The notes under the pieces: model-generated
Database searches by the model: none
What the model saw: only the letters and a program-made list of their open reading frames with translations
What the model was told of the DNA's origin: nothing
Position numbers and translations under genes: made by a program
Origin: Kineococcus xinjiangensis
Lineage (GTDB): Bacteria > Actinomycetota > Actinomycetes > Actinomycetales > Kineococcaceae
Direction: 5' to 3'
NCBI RefSeq assembly: GCF_002934625.1
Contig: NZ_PTJD01000001.1
Coordinates: 445,041-509,040, forward strand
Length of the DNA: 64,000 nucleotides
Part shown: piece after piece, positions 46,104-56,300 of the stretch
How positions within the stretch are numbered: the stretch's first letter is position 1
Layout: every line of letters begins with the position of its first letter

Positions 46104-47368
46104 GCGCGCCACCCCCCGGCACCGAACCCTCCGGCACCGAAGCACCCGGCAGCGACCCCCTCGGCACCGGCGCGCCAGCGGGCTTCGAGCCCCTCGTCAC
46201 CGGCGCCGACCGGCTGCGCCGCTGGCGGCTGCTGCTCGGCGGGGAGGCCTCGTCCTGCCTGGGCGTGGAGCTGCGGGGGGATTCCGCGGCGATCGACGCC
46301 GCCCTGGCCGCCCTCTACGACGGCGAGGGCAGCGACCCGCGCGGGGGCCCGCGCAGCGCCGGCCTGGGCGCCTCCGCCCCCCGGGTGGCCCGCTGGCTGG
46401 GTGACATCCGCACGTACTTCCCCTCCACGGTGGTGCAGGTGATGCAGCGCGACGCCGTGGAGCGGCTGGACCTGACGCGGCTGCTGCTGGAACCGGAACT
46501 GCTGGAGTCGGTTCAGCCGGACGTGCACCTCGTGGGCACGCTGCTGTCGCTGAACCGGGTGATGCCGGAGCAGACGAAGGCCACCGCGCGGACGGTGGTG
46601 GCCAAGGTGGTCGCCGAGGTGGAGCGGCGCATCGCCGACCGCACGAGGTCCGCCGTCGGCGGGGCGCTCAACCGGGCCACGCGGACGCACCGGCCGAAGC
46701 TGCGCGACCTCGACTTCGACCGGACCATCCGCGCGAACCTCGCCCACTACCTCCCGGAGCACCGCACCGTCGTCCCCGAGCGCCTGGTCGGCCACGGCCG
46801 CCACCAGCAGGCCGTCGCGCGCGACGTGGTGCTGGCCATCGACCAGTCCGGCTCGATGGCCGAGTCGGTGGTGTACGCGTCGGTGTTCGGGGCGGTGCTG
46901 GCCTCGATGCGGGCGCTGCGCACGTCGCTCGTCGTCTTCGACACCGAGGTCGTGGACCTCACCGACCTGCTCCGCGACCCCGTCGACGTCCTGTTCGGCA
47001 CGCAGCTGGGCGGCGGCACCGACATCAACCGCGCCATCGCCTACTCGCAGTCGCTCATCACCCGTCCCGCGGACTCGATGTTCGTGCTCATCAGCGACCT
47101 CTACGAGGGTGGGGTCCGCGACGAGATGCTGCGCCGTGTCGCGCAGCTGACAGCGGCCGGGGTCCAGGTCGTGGTGCTGCTGGCGCTGTCCGACAGCGGC
47201 GCGCCCGCCTTCGACCGGGACAACGCCGCGGCACTGGCCGCCCTGGGGGTTCCGGCGTTCGCGTGCACGCCGGACGCGTTCCCGGACCTCCTCGCCGTCG
47301 CGCTGCAGCGCGGCGACGTCGGCGCCTGGGCGCAGCGCACCCTCGGCAGCGCCGCCACGGGCCGTTGA
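46100..47368 (+). CDS. von Willebrand factor A (VWA) domain protein
   Basis: The C-terminal VWA domain has the MIDAS motif DQSGSM. Downstream T and D residues are also present (GGGTDINRAI, ISDLYEGG). Confidence 0.8.
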   Translation: MSAPPPGTEPSGTEAPGSDPLGTGAPAGFEPLVTGADRLRRWRLLLGGEASSCLGVELRGDSAAIDAALAALYDGEGSDPRGGPRSAGLGASAPRVARWLGDIRTYFPSTVVQVMQRDAVERLDLTRLLLEPELLESVQPDVHLVGTLLSLNRVMPEQTKATARTVVAKVVAEVERRIADRTRSAVGGALNRATRTHRPKLRDLDFDRTIRANLAHYLPEHRTVVPERLVGHGRHQQAVARDVVLAIDQSGSMAESVVYASVFGAVLASMRALRTSLVVFDTEVVDLTDLLRDPVDVLFGTQLGGGTDINRAIAYSQSLITRPADSMFVLISDLYEGGVRDEMLRRVAQLTAAGVQVVVLLALSDSGAPAFDRDNAAALAALGVPAFACTPDAFPDLLAVALQRGDVGAWAQRTLGSAATGR

Positions 47369-47404
47369 GCCCGGTGCACCCGCACCGGCCCACCCGCCCC
47401 GGCG

Positions 47405-49036
47405 CTACGCCCGCACGTCGCGGCGGCCGTGGGCGGCGACCCCCGCCGCGGTGAGCAGCAGGGCCACGATCAGCAGCCCCACCGCCCCGGCGCCGTCGTG
47501 CGCCTCGACGGGAACCGCTGCCACGTGCGCGTACGGCGAGAGCGCCCGCACCGCGGGGGGCCAGCCGAAGGTGTCGCTGAACACGAGGAGCAGGAACCCC
47601 CCGGCGGCGGGAACGGCGCCGACGGCGAGGACCGCCCGCGGCAGGACGCCGAAGGCGAGCACCGCCGCGCCGAGGCTGACCAGCATCACCGGCACCGTGT
47701 TCAGCGCCCCGCCCACCCCCGCGGCGACCCCCAGCCCGGACCCGGCGATCCGGGCCCCCGCCCAGGCCGCCGTTCCCGCCAGCGCGGCGAGGAGGGTGCA
47801 GCCGAGCGCGAGGACGGCGGCGTGCCCGGCCAGCTGCGCGCGGCGGGACACGGGCAGGGAGAGCAGGAGCACGTGGCGGCCGGCGGACTCGTCCGCGGCG
47901 TCGGCGGCGATGCGGCTGGCCGCGAACAACCCGCCGGGGACGGCGAGCAGCGCGAACACCGCCGCGAGGTAGCCCTCCGCGCTGCCCATGCCGGTGAAGC
48001 CGGCCTCCGCCGCGGCGGAGGCGAACTGCGGGTTGTCGCCGAGGAAGCCGGTCAGCGACACCGTCAGCAGGCCCACCAGCAGGTAGTAGGCGGCCACCCC
48101 CGCCGTCCACGCCGCCCAGCCGCGCGCCCCGCGACGCACCGCGAACCCGGTGGAGGAGCCCAGCAGCGCCGTCCGCGGGGCGCGCTCGTCCGGCACCCGC
48201 ACCAGGCCCGCGCCGACGTCGCGCCGCTCCACCGCCACGAACGCGAGCACGGCCGGCAGCAGCGCCATGCCGGCCAGCACGAGCAGCGGAACCGGGTCGT
48301 CGGCGGCGTAGGGCCGCACCTGACCGAGCACCCCGAAGGGGCTCAGCCAGCGCAGCCAGCCGAAGGGCTCCGAGCCGTCGGCCACCATGCGCGCCATGAA
48401 GGCGACCGCGAGCACCGCTCCCCCGGCGCCGGCCGCGCTGCGCCGGTCGGGCAGCACCTGCGCGCAGGCCAGGCCGAGCATGACGAAGGCCGCGCCGGTC
48501 AGGGCGGTCCCCGCCCCGTGCAGGAGCGCCCCGGCCGGCTCGGTGCCGACGACGAGCAGCCCTGCGGCCAGCGCGGCACCCACGACGGCCTGCGCGGCCA
48601 GCGCCACCGCCGCCACCCGCAGGAGCAGGGAGCGGGCGGGCAGGGTTCCCGCGCGCAGCAGCGCCCAGCGGCCGGCGTCCTCCTCGCCCCGCGTGACGCG
48701 CACCGTCGACAGCAGCGCCCAGACCGCGACGAGGACCGTCGTCATCAGCCCGGTCCGCCACACCGTGAAACCGCCCGGGTCGTCGAGGGCGACCGCCGGG
48801 CCGAACAGCGTCCGGATCGCGGGGTTGGTGGCGAGCACCTGCAGCGCACCGGCACCGAGCTCGCCGCCCACGGTCTCGCGGTACTGCACGACGACGACCG
48901 GCGGCAGCAGCGCCAGCAGCGCCGCGACGACGAGCGTGCCGCGGCGCAGCTCGCGCACCAGGTGGGCGGTGACGGCCCGGCCGGGCTCGCCCACCGCCGG
49001 GGTGGCGGGGGCCGTCGGGGCGGCCACGGCGCTCAT
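47405..49036 (-). CDS. ABC-2 type exporter permease (large polytopic)
   Basis: 543 aa, 10-12 predicted TM helices, no ATPase motifs. Its start overlaps the stop of the upstream ABC ATPase (ATGA). Confidence 0.7.
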   Translation of the reverse strand: MSAVAAPTAPATPAVGEPGRAVTAHLVRELRRGTLVVAALLALLPPVVVVQYRETVGGELGAGALQVLATNPAIRTLFGPAVALDDPGGFTVWRTGLMTTVLVAVWALLSTVRVTRGEEDAGRWALLRAGTLPARSLLLRVAAVALAAQAVVGAALAAGLLVVGTEPAGALLHGAGTALTGAAFVMLGLACAQVLPDRRSAAGAGGAVLAVAFMARMVADGSEPFGWLRWLSPFGVLGQVRPYAADDPVPLLVLAGMALLPAVLAFVAVERRDVGAGLVRVPDERAPRTALLGSSTGFAVRRGARGWAAWTAGVAAYYLLVGLLTVSLTGFLGDNPQFASAAAEAGFTGMGSAEGYLAAVFALLAVPGGLFAASRIAADAADESAGRHVLLLSLPVSRRAQLAGHAAVLALGCTLLAALAGTAAWAGARIAGSGLGVAAGVGGALNTVPVMLVSLGAAVLAFGVLPRAVLAVGAVPAAGGFLLLVFSDTFGWPPAVRALSPYAHVAAVPVEAHDGAGAVGLLIVALLLTAAGVAAHGRRDVRA

Positions 49037-49941
49037 CGCGCGGCCTCCCCGTAGTAGCCGAGGAAGATCTCCTCCAGGGACGGCTCGCGCACGGACAGCT
49101 GCACCACGTCGTCCCCGGCGACGGCCCGCAGCAGGGGCGCGGGCTCACCGGCCAGGGTGAGCACGACGCGCCCCTCGCCGAGGACCTCGACGTCGGCCAC
49201 ACCGGGGACCGCGGCGAGACCGGCGGGGACGGGCCCGGCGAACGACAGGTGGAACTCGTGGCGGCGCAGGCGGCGCAGCTCGGCGAGGCCCGCGACCTGG
49301 ACGAGGCGCCCGGCCCGCAGGATGCCGACCCGGTCGCAGACCGCCTCCACCTCCGCGAGGACGTGGGAGCTGAGCAGGACCGCCTGCCCGCGGGCGGCGG
49401 CCTCCACCACGCAGCGCTGGAACTCCCGGCCCATCAACGGATCCAGCCCGCTGGTCGGCTCGTCGAGGACGAGCAGCGGGGCGCGCGTGGCGAACGCCGC
49501 CACCAGCGCCACCTTCTGCCGGTTGCCCGTGGAGTAGGCGCGGCACGGCTTGTCCAGCCGCAGGTCGAACCTCTCCACGAGTTCGTCGCGGTAGCCGAGG
49601 TCGGTGCCAGGCCCCAGGTTCGCCAGCAGCTCCAGCGCCTCCGCGCCGGTGAGGTTCGGCCAGAGGGCGACGTCGGCGGGGACGTGGGCGAGGTGGCGGT
49701 GGGCGGCGCGGACGTCCTCGGCGGGGTCGCCGAAGACCCGTGCGCGGCCGGCGGTCGGCCGGGCCAGGCCCAGCAGCATCCGCAGGGTGGTGGACTTGCC
49801 GGCGCCGTTGGGGCCGAGGAACCCGAAGACCTCCCCGGGTTCGATGCGCAGGTCCAGGCGGTCCACCGCCAGGGTCCGCCCGTAGCGCTTGCTCAGTCCC
49901 TCCGCCTCCACGGCGGGCAGGGCAGGGTCGATCGTGGGCAT
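49033..49941 (-). CDS. ABC transporter ATP-binding protein (ABC-2/DrrA-like)
   Basis: Walker A GPNGAGKST, signature YSTGNRQKVALVAAF and Walker B LLVLDEPTSGLD are present. The start is MPTIDP at 49941. The 5' extension in the ORF track is not supported. Confidence 0.85.
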   Translation of the reverse strand: MPTIDPALPAVEAEGLSKRYGRTLAVDRLDLRIEPGEVFGFLGPNGAGKSTTLRMLLGLARPTAGRARVFGDPAEDVRAAHRHLAHVPADVALWPNLTGAEALELLANLGPGTDLGYRDELVERFDLRLDKPCRAYSTGNRQKVALVAAFATRAPLLVLDEPTSGLDPLMGREFQRCVVEAAARGQAVLLSSHVLAEVEAVCDRVGILRAGRLVQVAGLAELRRLRRHEFHLSFAGPVPAGLAAVPGVADVEVLGEGRVVLTLAGEPAPLLRAVAGDDVVQLSVREPSLEEIFLGYYGEAAR

Positions 49942-50113
49942 GGCCGGTCCTCTCGCGGTCGTCGTCCAGTTCGGACTGCCGACCAGGCTTCCCGGCGCAC
50001 CGGTTGAGACAGTACTCCTCCCCCGGGCCCGTGTCAGCGGTTCGACCCCACGCGGCGATGCCCCCGGTCCTCCCCGGACGGGGAGGACCGGGGGCATCGC
50101 CCGGGCGTGGTTC

Positions 50114-51505
50114 TCAGCCCAGCGGTGCGGTCACCGCGAACGAGGCGTCCCCGTTGAAGACGGACGTGTTCTGGCGCAGGTCCAGCTGCAGGACGTAGTT
50201 GGAGTGCCGCACGAAGCGGCCCGGGACGTTGTACGACTCGAACGACGTCGTGCCGTTCCCCGCGAAGCCCGCCCGGGCGCAGAAGGTGGCGTCCCCGCGG
50301 AACCCGGCGCTGCCGTCGGATCGCGCCAGGACCAGCTTGAAGTTCTCGTGCCGCAGGTAGTAGCCCGGGAAGTTCACAGCCTGGAAGGACGAGCAGGCGC
50401 CGTTGGCGAGACCCGGCACCACGCTGAAGGTCGCGTCGCGGCGGTCGGCGGAGGGGCTCGACGCGCTGAGCGGGTCGATGACGGCCTTGTAGTCCCGGTG
50501 CCGGACGAACCGGTCGGGGAAGTTCGCCGAGCGCAGCGACCGGTTCCCGGTGGGCACCGCGGTGCCGTCGCCGACGTCCTCGCGCAGCACTGTGAAGTGC
50601 CGGGCGTGGCCGGACAGCCCGGCCAGCTCCACCTTCGGGCTGAAGGTGCTCAGGTCCGCGCTGTCGGCGTAGAAGTAGCGACGCGCACCGTACTGGTCGA
50701 AGTAGATGCGCCAGCGCCCGTCGGCCATCCGGACGAGCGCGGGACCCTCCAGGCCGCTGCCCCAGCCTGCCCAGTTCCCCGTCCCGCGGAACGTCCAGGG
50801 TCCGCTGAGGGAGGTCGCGGTGGCGTGCTCGATGTACTTCGTCGTCTCGTTCTTGAGGAAGTTGTGGTAGGTGCCGCCCACCTTCACGACGAAGCTGTCG
50901 ATGTAGTTCGCCGGGATGCCGAGCGCGGCGGGAGCGCTCCAGGTGGACAGCGCCGAGTTCGTCGCCGTGATGCGGTACGGGCGGAACTGGCCGTTCGTCC
51001 CCGTCGTGGAGATCGACATGATGACGTGCACGGAGCCGTCGGAGTCGCGGAACCACTCGGGCGCCCACGTGCTGCCGCTGGTGCCCGCGACGTTCACCGT
51101 GACGTTGCGCAGGAAGGTCCACGTGCGGGTGTCGGCGCTGCGGGCGAACCCGATCGTGTTCCCCGTCCACCCGGTGGTGTAGACGAGGTAGTAGTAGCCG
51201 TCGCTGTGGCGCAGGACGCTCGGGTCGCGGACGAGGCCCGACGGCGGCGTGTAGGCGTTGGCGCGGACGAGGTCGAAGTTCGCGGCGTTGCCGGAGTCGT
51301 AGACGTACATGTTCGACTCGCTGGAGTTCGTGAACGCCGTCATCAGGTAGTGGGGGACGGGCCCGGCGGCCGCGGCCGGCTGGGTGGTGGCGGCGAGCCC
51401 GGCACCTGCCAGGACCGCAGCGGAGACGGCCGTGGCCAGGGCGCGGCGCAGTCGTCCCCTCCGGTGCGGCGCAGCGGGGGCGGTGGTGGAGCGGGGCGTG
51501 ATCAA
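50114..51505 (-). CDS. secreted GH43-family glycoside hydrolase with two C-terminal AbfB (arabinose-binding) domains
   Basis: TTG start at 51505 with GAGAGG upstream. A Tat/Sec-like signal (RRGRLRRALATAVSAAVLAGAGLAATTQPAAAAG) is present. The GH43 core contains the catalytic-base motif RDPSV. Two AbfB repeats (SFQAVNFPGYYLRHENFKLVL and SFESYNVPGRFVRHSNYVLQL) are present. Confidence 0.75.
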   Translation of the reverse strand: MITPRSTTAPAAPHRRGRLRRALATAVSAAVLAGAGLAATTQPAAAAGPVPHYLMTAFTNSSESNMYVYDSGNAANFDLVRANAYTPPSGLVRDPSVLRHSDGYYYLVYTTGWTGNTIGFARSADTRTWTFLRNVTVNVAGTSGSTWAPEWFRDSDGSVHVIMSISTTGTNGQFRPYRITATNSALSTWSAPAALGIPANYIDSFVVKVGGTYHNFLKNETTKYIEHATATSLSGPWTFRGTGNWAGWGSGLEGPALVRMADGRWRIYFDQYGARRYFYADSADLSTFSPKVELAGLSGHARHFTVLREDVGDGTAVPTGNRSLRSANFPDRFVRHRDYKAVIDPLSASSPSADRRDATFSVVPGLANGACSSFQAVNFPGYYLRHENFKLVLARSDGSAGFRGDATFCARAGFAGNGTTSFESYNVPGRFVRHSNYVLQLDLRQNTSVFNGDASFAVTAPLG

Positions 51506-51608
51506 GGGGGTGCCTCTCGTCGTTGAAAGACCCGTGTGAGCGTTAACATCGCCAACGCGAAGGCCAATGAATCCAGGTTCGGCGCCCGGTGTCAACTGCA
51601 CGCCCCGC

Positions 51609-52496
51609 TCAGCCGTTCAGCCTGCGCGCCAACGACCGCAACCACGGCTGCGAGAGCGCGGGCTCGCCCGCCACGGCCCGGGCGATGCGTCGGCGTCCCT
51701 CGCGGCTGCGCCCGTAGGAGACCAGCGCCACGGCCTCGGCGAGGGCCTGCCGCGTCCGCTCGCCCCGCTCGGGGTCCTCCCCGGCGCCCGTCCACCGGTC
51801 GGGCCGGTAGGAGCGGGTCAGCTTGTCCTGCCAGTTGCCGAACCAGGACCAGACCTCGGGGTCCAGGGACACGTTGAGCACCGAGGCGCCGGAGAGCTCT
51901 CGCGTCCACGGGGCCTCCTCCTGCCACCGGAACGCGTTCGGGCTGGTCGTGCCCCGCCGGGTGACACCCACGAAGCGGAGCCTGCGCCGCACGGTCCGCC
52001 AGGGCGCCCCTGCGTCCTCCACCCACTCGCGCAGCACGCCGAACAGGTCGGTGAACGTCGACCCGCTCGAGACCACGTCGACGAAGGTCACCGGCCTGCC
52101 GGCCCGGGCCAGGAGCGCCGGGGACGCTCCGACCGAGGCCAGCAGCTCACGCGCCGCGACCAGTTGCCGCGGCGTCAGCTCCGGCACGACCCAGCGGCGA
52201 CCGGAGGGGGACGGCGCACCGCGCTGGAAGGACAGCGGCAGGCGGAGCACCCGCTGCTCCGCCCCCACCTCGGCCAGGGCCCCGCCGAGCAGGTCGAACA
52301 TGCTGTCCAGGGACCGGCCGACGAAGACGAGGTCGCCGCCCCCGCTGCGGGCCAGCACCCTGCCCGCGCACTCCACGAGCGCGTCGAGGAACCACGGCTC
52401 CGCGTGCTGCGCGCCCTCGGGGAGCATCGAGCCGAGGCGGTCGGGGGCGACGAGGTCCCACCGGAAGGGCGGTTCGGGACCGGCGGGACTGGTCAC
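51609..52496 (-). CDS. hypothetical protein (295 aa), probably in an operon with kptA
   Basis: Codon usage is genome-like. It lies 22 nt downstream of kptA on the same strand. I recognise no motif. Confidence 0.5.
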   Translation of the reverse strand: MTSPAGPEPPFRWDLVAPDRLGSMLPEGAQHAEPWFLDALVECAGRVLARSGGGDLVFVGRSLDSMFDLLGGALAEVGAEQRVLRLPLSFQRGAPSPSGRRWVVPELTPRQLVAARELLASVGASPALLARAGRPVTFVDVVSSGSTFTDLFGVLREWVEDAGAPWRTVRRRLRFVGVTRRGTTSPNAFRWQEEAPWTRELSGASVLNVSLDPEVWSWFGNWQDKLTRSYRPDRWTGAGEDPERGERTRQALAEAVALVSYGRSREGRRRIARAVAGEPALSQPWLRSLARRLNG

Positions 52497-52518
52497 TCCC
52501 CCATCGTGCCGCGCGGGC

Positions 52519-53085
52519 TCAGCCCCCCGCGCCCGGCGGCACCGGCTCCGGGTGCTCCGGTGGCCGCAGGTACGCCGGCGGGACGGCGTCGGTGAGCCAG
52601 ACGCCGTTGGCCGAGCGGTGGAACACGTGCCCGTCCCGCGCCATCCGGCCCGCGAGGACGGTCAGGACGGCGGGGCGGCCCCGGCGGGCGCCCACCCGTG
52701 CGGCGGTGGCGGTGTCCGCGGAGAGGTGCACGTGGTGGCGCCCGCCACGGTGCAGGCCCTGCTCGAGGATCGCCGCGAGGTTGCGCACCGGGGTGCCGTG
52801 GTAGAGCAGCTCCGGCGGATCGACCGGCTGCAACCCGAGGTCGACCGCGACGCTGTGGCCCTGGTTGGCGCGGATGCGGTCCCCGTCCAGGGCGAAGCGC
52901 TGCTTGTCGCTGGCGGCCACCACCCGCTCGAGCTGGGCACGGCCCACCGGCCGCCCGGACCGGGCCAGGGCGTCCAGCAGGTCGGCCACGCCCACCCAGC
53001 CGTGGCGGTCGAGGTGGATCCCGACGCTCTCCGGCGCGTGCCGCAGGACCCGCGAGAGCAGCTTCGAGACGCGGACGTCGTCCAT
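52519..53085 (-). CDS. kptA: RNA 2'-phosphotransferase KptA/Tpt1
   Basis: Tpt1 motifs SKLLSRVLRHAPE (R-H), LRANQGHS and VHLS are present. Length is 188 aa. Confidence 0.85.
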   Translation of the reverse strand: MDDVRVSKLLSRVLRHAPESVGIHLDRHGWVGVADLLDALARSGRPVGRAQLERVVAASDKQRFALDGDRIRANQGHSVAVDLGLQPVDPPELLYHGTPVRNLAAILEQGLHRGGRHHVHLSADTATAARVGARRGRPAVLTVLAGRMARDGHVFHRSANGVWLTDAVPPAYLRPPEHPEPVPPGAGG

Positions 53086-53144
53086 CTGCCGATGGTGCCG
53101 CGCCGGGCCCGGGCCCGCCCGCGCGGCGCAGACATCCCGGATAC

Positions 53145-53180
53145 GACGAAGGCCCGGACCATGTGGTCCGGGCCTTCGTC
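53145..53180. terminator. hairpin immediately 3' of the tRNA-Met and upstream of kptA
   Basis: gacgaaggcccggacc-atgt-ggtccgggccttcgtc, a stem of about 15-16 bp. Confidence 0.45.
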
Positions 53181-53184
53181 GATC

Positions 53185-53261
53185 TGGTAGCGGGGGCAGG
53201 ATTTGAACCTGCGGCCTCTGGGTTATGAGCCCAGCGAGCTACCGAGCTGCTCCACCCCGCG
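53185..53261 (-). tRNA. tRNA-Met (anticodon CAT), initiator-like
   Basis: The minus-strand sequence CGCGGGGTGGAGCAGCTCGGTAGCTCGCTGGGCTCATAACCCAGAGGCCGCAGGTTCAAATCCTGCCCCCGCTACCA folds as a cloverleaf. CCA is encoded. The anticodon loop is CTCATAA. The anticodon stem has three consecutive G-C pairs and the 1:72 base pair is unpaired (C1/U72); both are features of bacterial initiator tRNA-fMet. Confidence 0.85.
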
Positions 53262-53349
53262 TCGCGTTGACAGGTAGAACTCTACGGCACGGTGGACGGG
53301 AGACCAAATCGCCTCCCCGCGGGGCACGGGCCCCGCGGGGAGGCGACGG

Positions 53350-56300
53350 TCAGGAGCCGGCCGTGGCGGTGCCCTCCGGGTCAGCCGCGGGCGACGCGGC
53401 GTCGGTGGGCGCGGCCGCACCCTCGGCGGGCACGTCGGCGCCCTCGGCGGGTGCACCCGTGGCTGCGGCGATGCGGTCCTCCGCGGCGATGGCGCGGTCG
53501 ACGGCCTGACCCAGCCGCTCCTGCGCCTCGCCGTAGGCGGCGAAGTCGCCGGCCTGCAGCGCCGCAGCGCTGTCCTGGATGGCCTTGCGCGCGTCCTGCA
53601 GGGCCGTGTCGAGCTGCGCCTGCGCGTCCGGCGGCACCCCCGGCTCGCCCTCCGGCCCCTCCGGGCCCGGCTCGCCCAGGTCGGGCGTGGCCACCCCGGA
53701 GTCGCCGCCGAAGACCTGGTCCAGCGCCTCCGGCAGGGTGTTGGCGAAGCCGATCTTGTCGCCGAAGACGACCGCGACCTTCCGCAGCTGCGGATAGGTC
53801 ACCCCGCTGCGGCTCTGGCCGTAGACCGGCTCCACGTAGAGGAAGCCGCCGCCGACCGGGAGCGTCAGCAGGTTGCCGTAGAGGACCTGCGACTCGCCCT
53901 GGCTGAGCAGCCTGATCTCGTTGGCCACGAGCGGGCTGGAGACGATGTTGGCCTGCACCTGCCCGGGACCCGAGACGGCCGTCTCCCGGGGGAGCTGCAG
54001 CAGCCGCATGGTGCCGTAGCCCTCGCGCTTCTCCCCCTCGACGCCGCCCGCGTCGGCGTCCACGGCCAGGTAGCCGGTCAGCACGTTGCGCTGGTTCGCC
54101 CCCGTCTGCCGCGGGATGTAGGTGGACGTGAGGCTGAAGGACTCGTCCTCCTGCCCCGGCATCCGCAGCGTCAGGTAGTAGGGCGGCTCCGCGGCCGCGT
54201 CGGCCTCACCGCCGGTCGGGTCGTTGGGCACCTCCCAGAAGTCCTGCTGCGTGTAGAAGGACTGCGGGTCGGTGACGTGGTACCGGCCGAGCACGTCGCG
54301 CTGGACCTTGAACATGTCCTGCGGGTAGCGCAGGTGCTGCATCAGGTCGCCGCTGATCGCCGAGAGCGGCTCCACCGAGGTCGGGAAGGCCTTCATCCAC
54401 GCCTTGAGCATGGGGTCCTCCTCGTCCCAGGCGTAGAGGGTGACCTTGCCGTCGTAGGCGTCCACGGTGGCCTTCACCGAGTTGCGCACGTAGTTGACCG
54501 TGCGGTCCTGCAGCGCCTGCACGCTCTGCGCGTTGCCCGTGCGGGTGTCCTGCGTCGCCTCGCCCAGCTCGGTCGTCGCCGAGTACGGGTAGTCCGCGGT
54601 CGTCGTGTACGCGTCGATGATCCAGACGATCCGGTCACCGACGACGGCCGCGTAGGGGTCGCCGTCCAGCGTCAGCCACGGGGCGACCTTCTCCACGCGC
54701 TCGCGGGGGTGGCGGTCGTACATGATCCGCGACTGCGGGTTCACCCGGTCCGAGAGCAGGATGTTCTGGTCGGCGAAGTTGATCGCGTAGGCGGCCCGGG
54801 CGAAGAAGGAGCCCATCCGCACCCCACCCTCGCCCTCGTAGGTGTTGCGGGCATAGCCCTCGGGGGACTCGTTGGGGTAGTCCAGCTCGGTGGGCGGTGC
54901 CCCCTCACCGGCGCCGACGATCGAGTACGCCGGGGACTGCTCCCCGAAGTAGATGCGCGGCTGGTACTCGCCCAGCTCGGGCGACGTCGACAGGCCGCGC
55001 TCGAAGAACACCGGCCGGCCGTCCGGGGTGCGCTCGTTGCCGTACGCCCCCACCATCCCGTAGCCGTGGGTGTAGACGGTGTGGTCGTTGATCCAGTTGC
55101 GCTGGCTCGGGTTCAGCCCGCGCAGGGACACCTCGCGCGGGGCGATGACCGTGTCCCGCACCACGCCGTCGATGCGGTAGCGGTCGACGTCGAGGGCGTC
55201 GGGGAAGGCGTAGTAGGGCCGCACCTGCTCCAGCTGCCGGTACGTCGGGCTGAGCAGCGCCGGGTCGAGCAGGCGGATGCCGGGGATCGTGCCCGCGTCG
55301 TTGCGCAGCTGCCCGGGCTGGGCCTCGGTGTCCGGGATGTACTGGTTGACCTGCGTGTCGGCCAGGTCGTAGGCCGCTCTCGTGGCCTCGATGTTGCGTT
55401 CCAGGAACGGCGCCTCGACGGTCGCGGCGCTCGGCTGGACGCGGAAGCGCTGCACCGCCGCCGGGTAGATGCCCCCCACGGCCACCGCGCTGATCACCAG
55501 CAGCGTCGTGCCCGCGGCCGGCAGCCGCCACGACGCCCCCGCCGCGGCCGCGATGAACAGCATCGCGACGAGGATCGAGGCCACCGCGAGGATCGCCTTG
55601 GCGGGCAGCACGGCGTTGACGTCGGTGTAGGTGGGGCCGACGACGCCCACGCTGCGGATGGAGACGTTGGCGGACTCGCTCGTCATGAGCTGGTAGCGGT
55701 CCAGCCAGTAGCCGACGCCGCGCAGCAGCAGGAAGGCCGCGCCGAGCAGGGCGAGGTGGATGCGCGCCTCGCGCGTCGTGCGCGGCCCGCCCCCGGCCAG
55801 CCGCAGCCCGCCGTAGAGGTAGTGCGTCGCCAGTGCGGCGATGCCGGCCAGCACCACGACCGCCGTGAGGAAGCTCACGACGAACTGGATCCACGGCAGG
55901 GTGAAGACGTAGAAGCCGTAGTCGAGCTGGAACTGCGGGTCCGTGGTGCCCCACTCGACCCGGTTCCACCAGAGCAGCGCGGTCTCCCACTGGGCGGAGG
56001 CGACGGTGGCCCCGAAGAGACCCGCCCCCAGGGAGAGGGCGAGGGTGACCAGCCGGCGCAGCGGCTCCAGAGACTCCCGGTAGCGGTCGAGCCCGGCCTG
56101 CTCGGTGGAGATGGGGGCGTAGATGGGCCTGCTGCGGTAGGCCAGCGACAGGGTCACGCCCACCGCGGCGGCCATCAGGGTCCCGCCGGCGAGGAAGAGG
56201 CCGATCTGCAGCCAGAGCCGCTTGGTGAAGACGGAGAGGAAACCGAGCTGGTCGAACCACCAGACATCGGTGAGGATCCTCGCCCCCACGACCACGGCGA

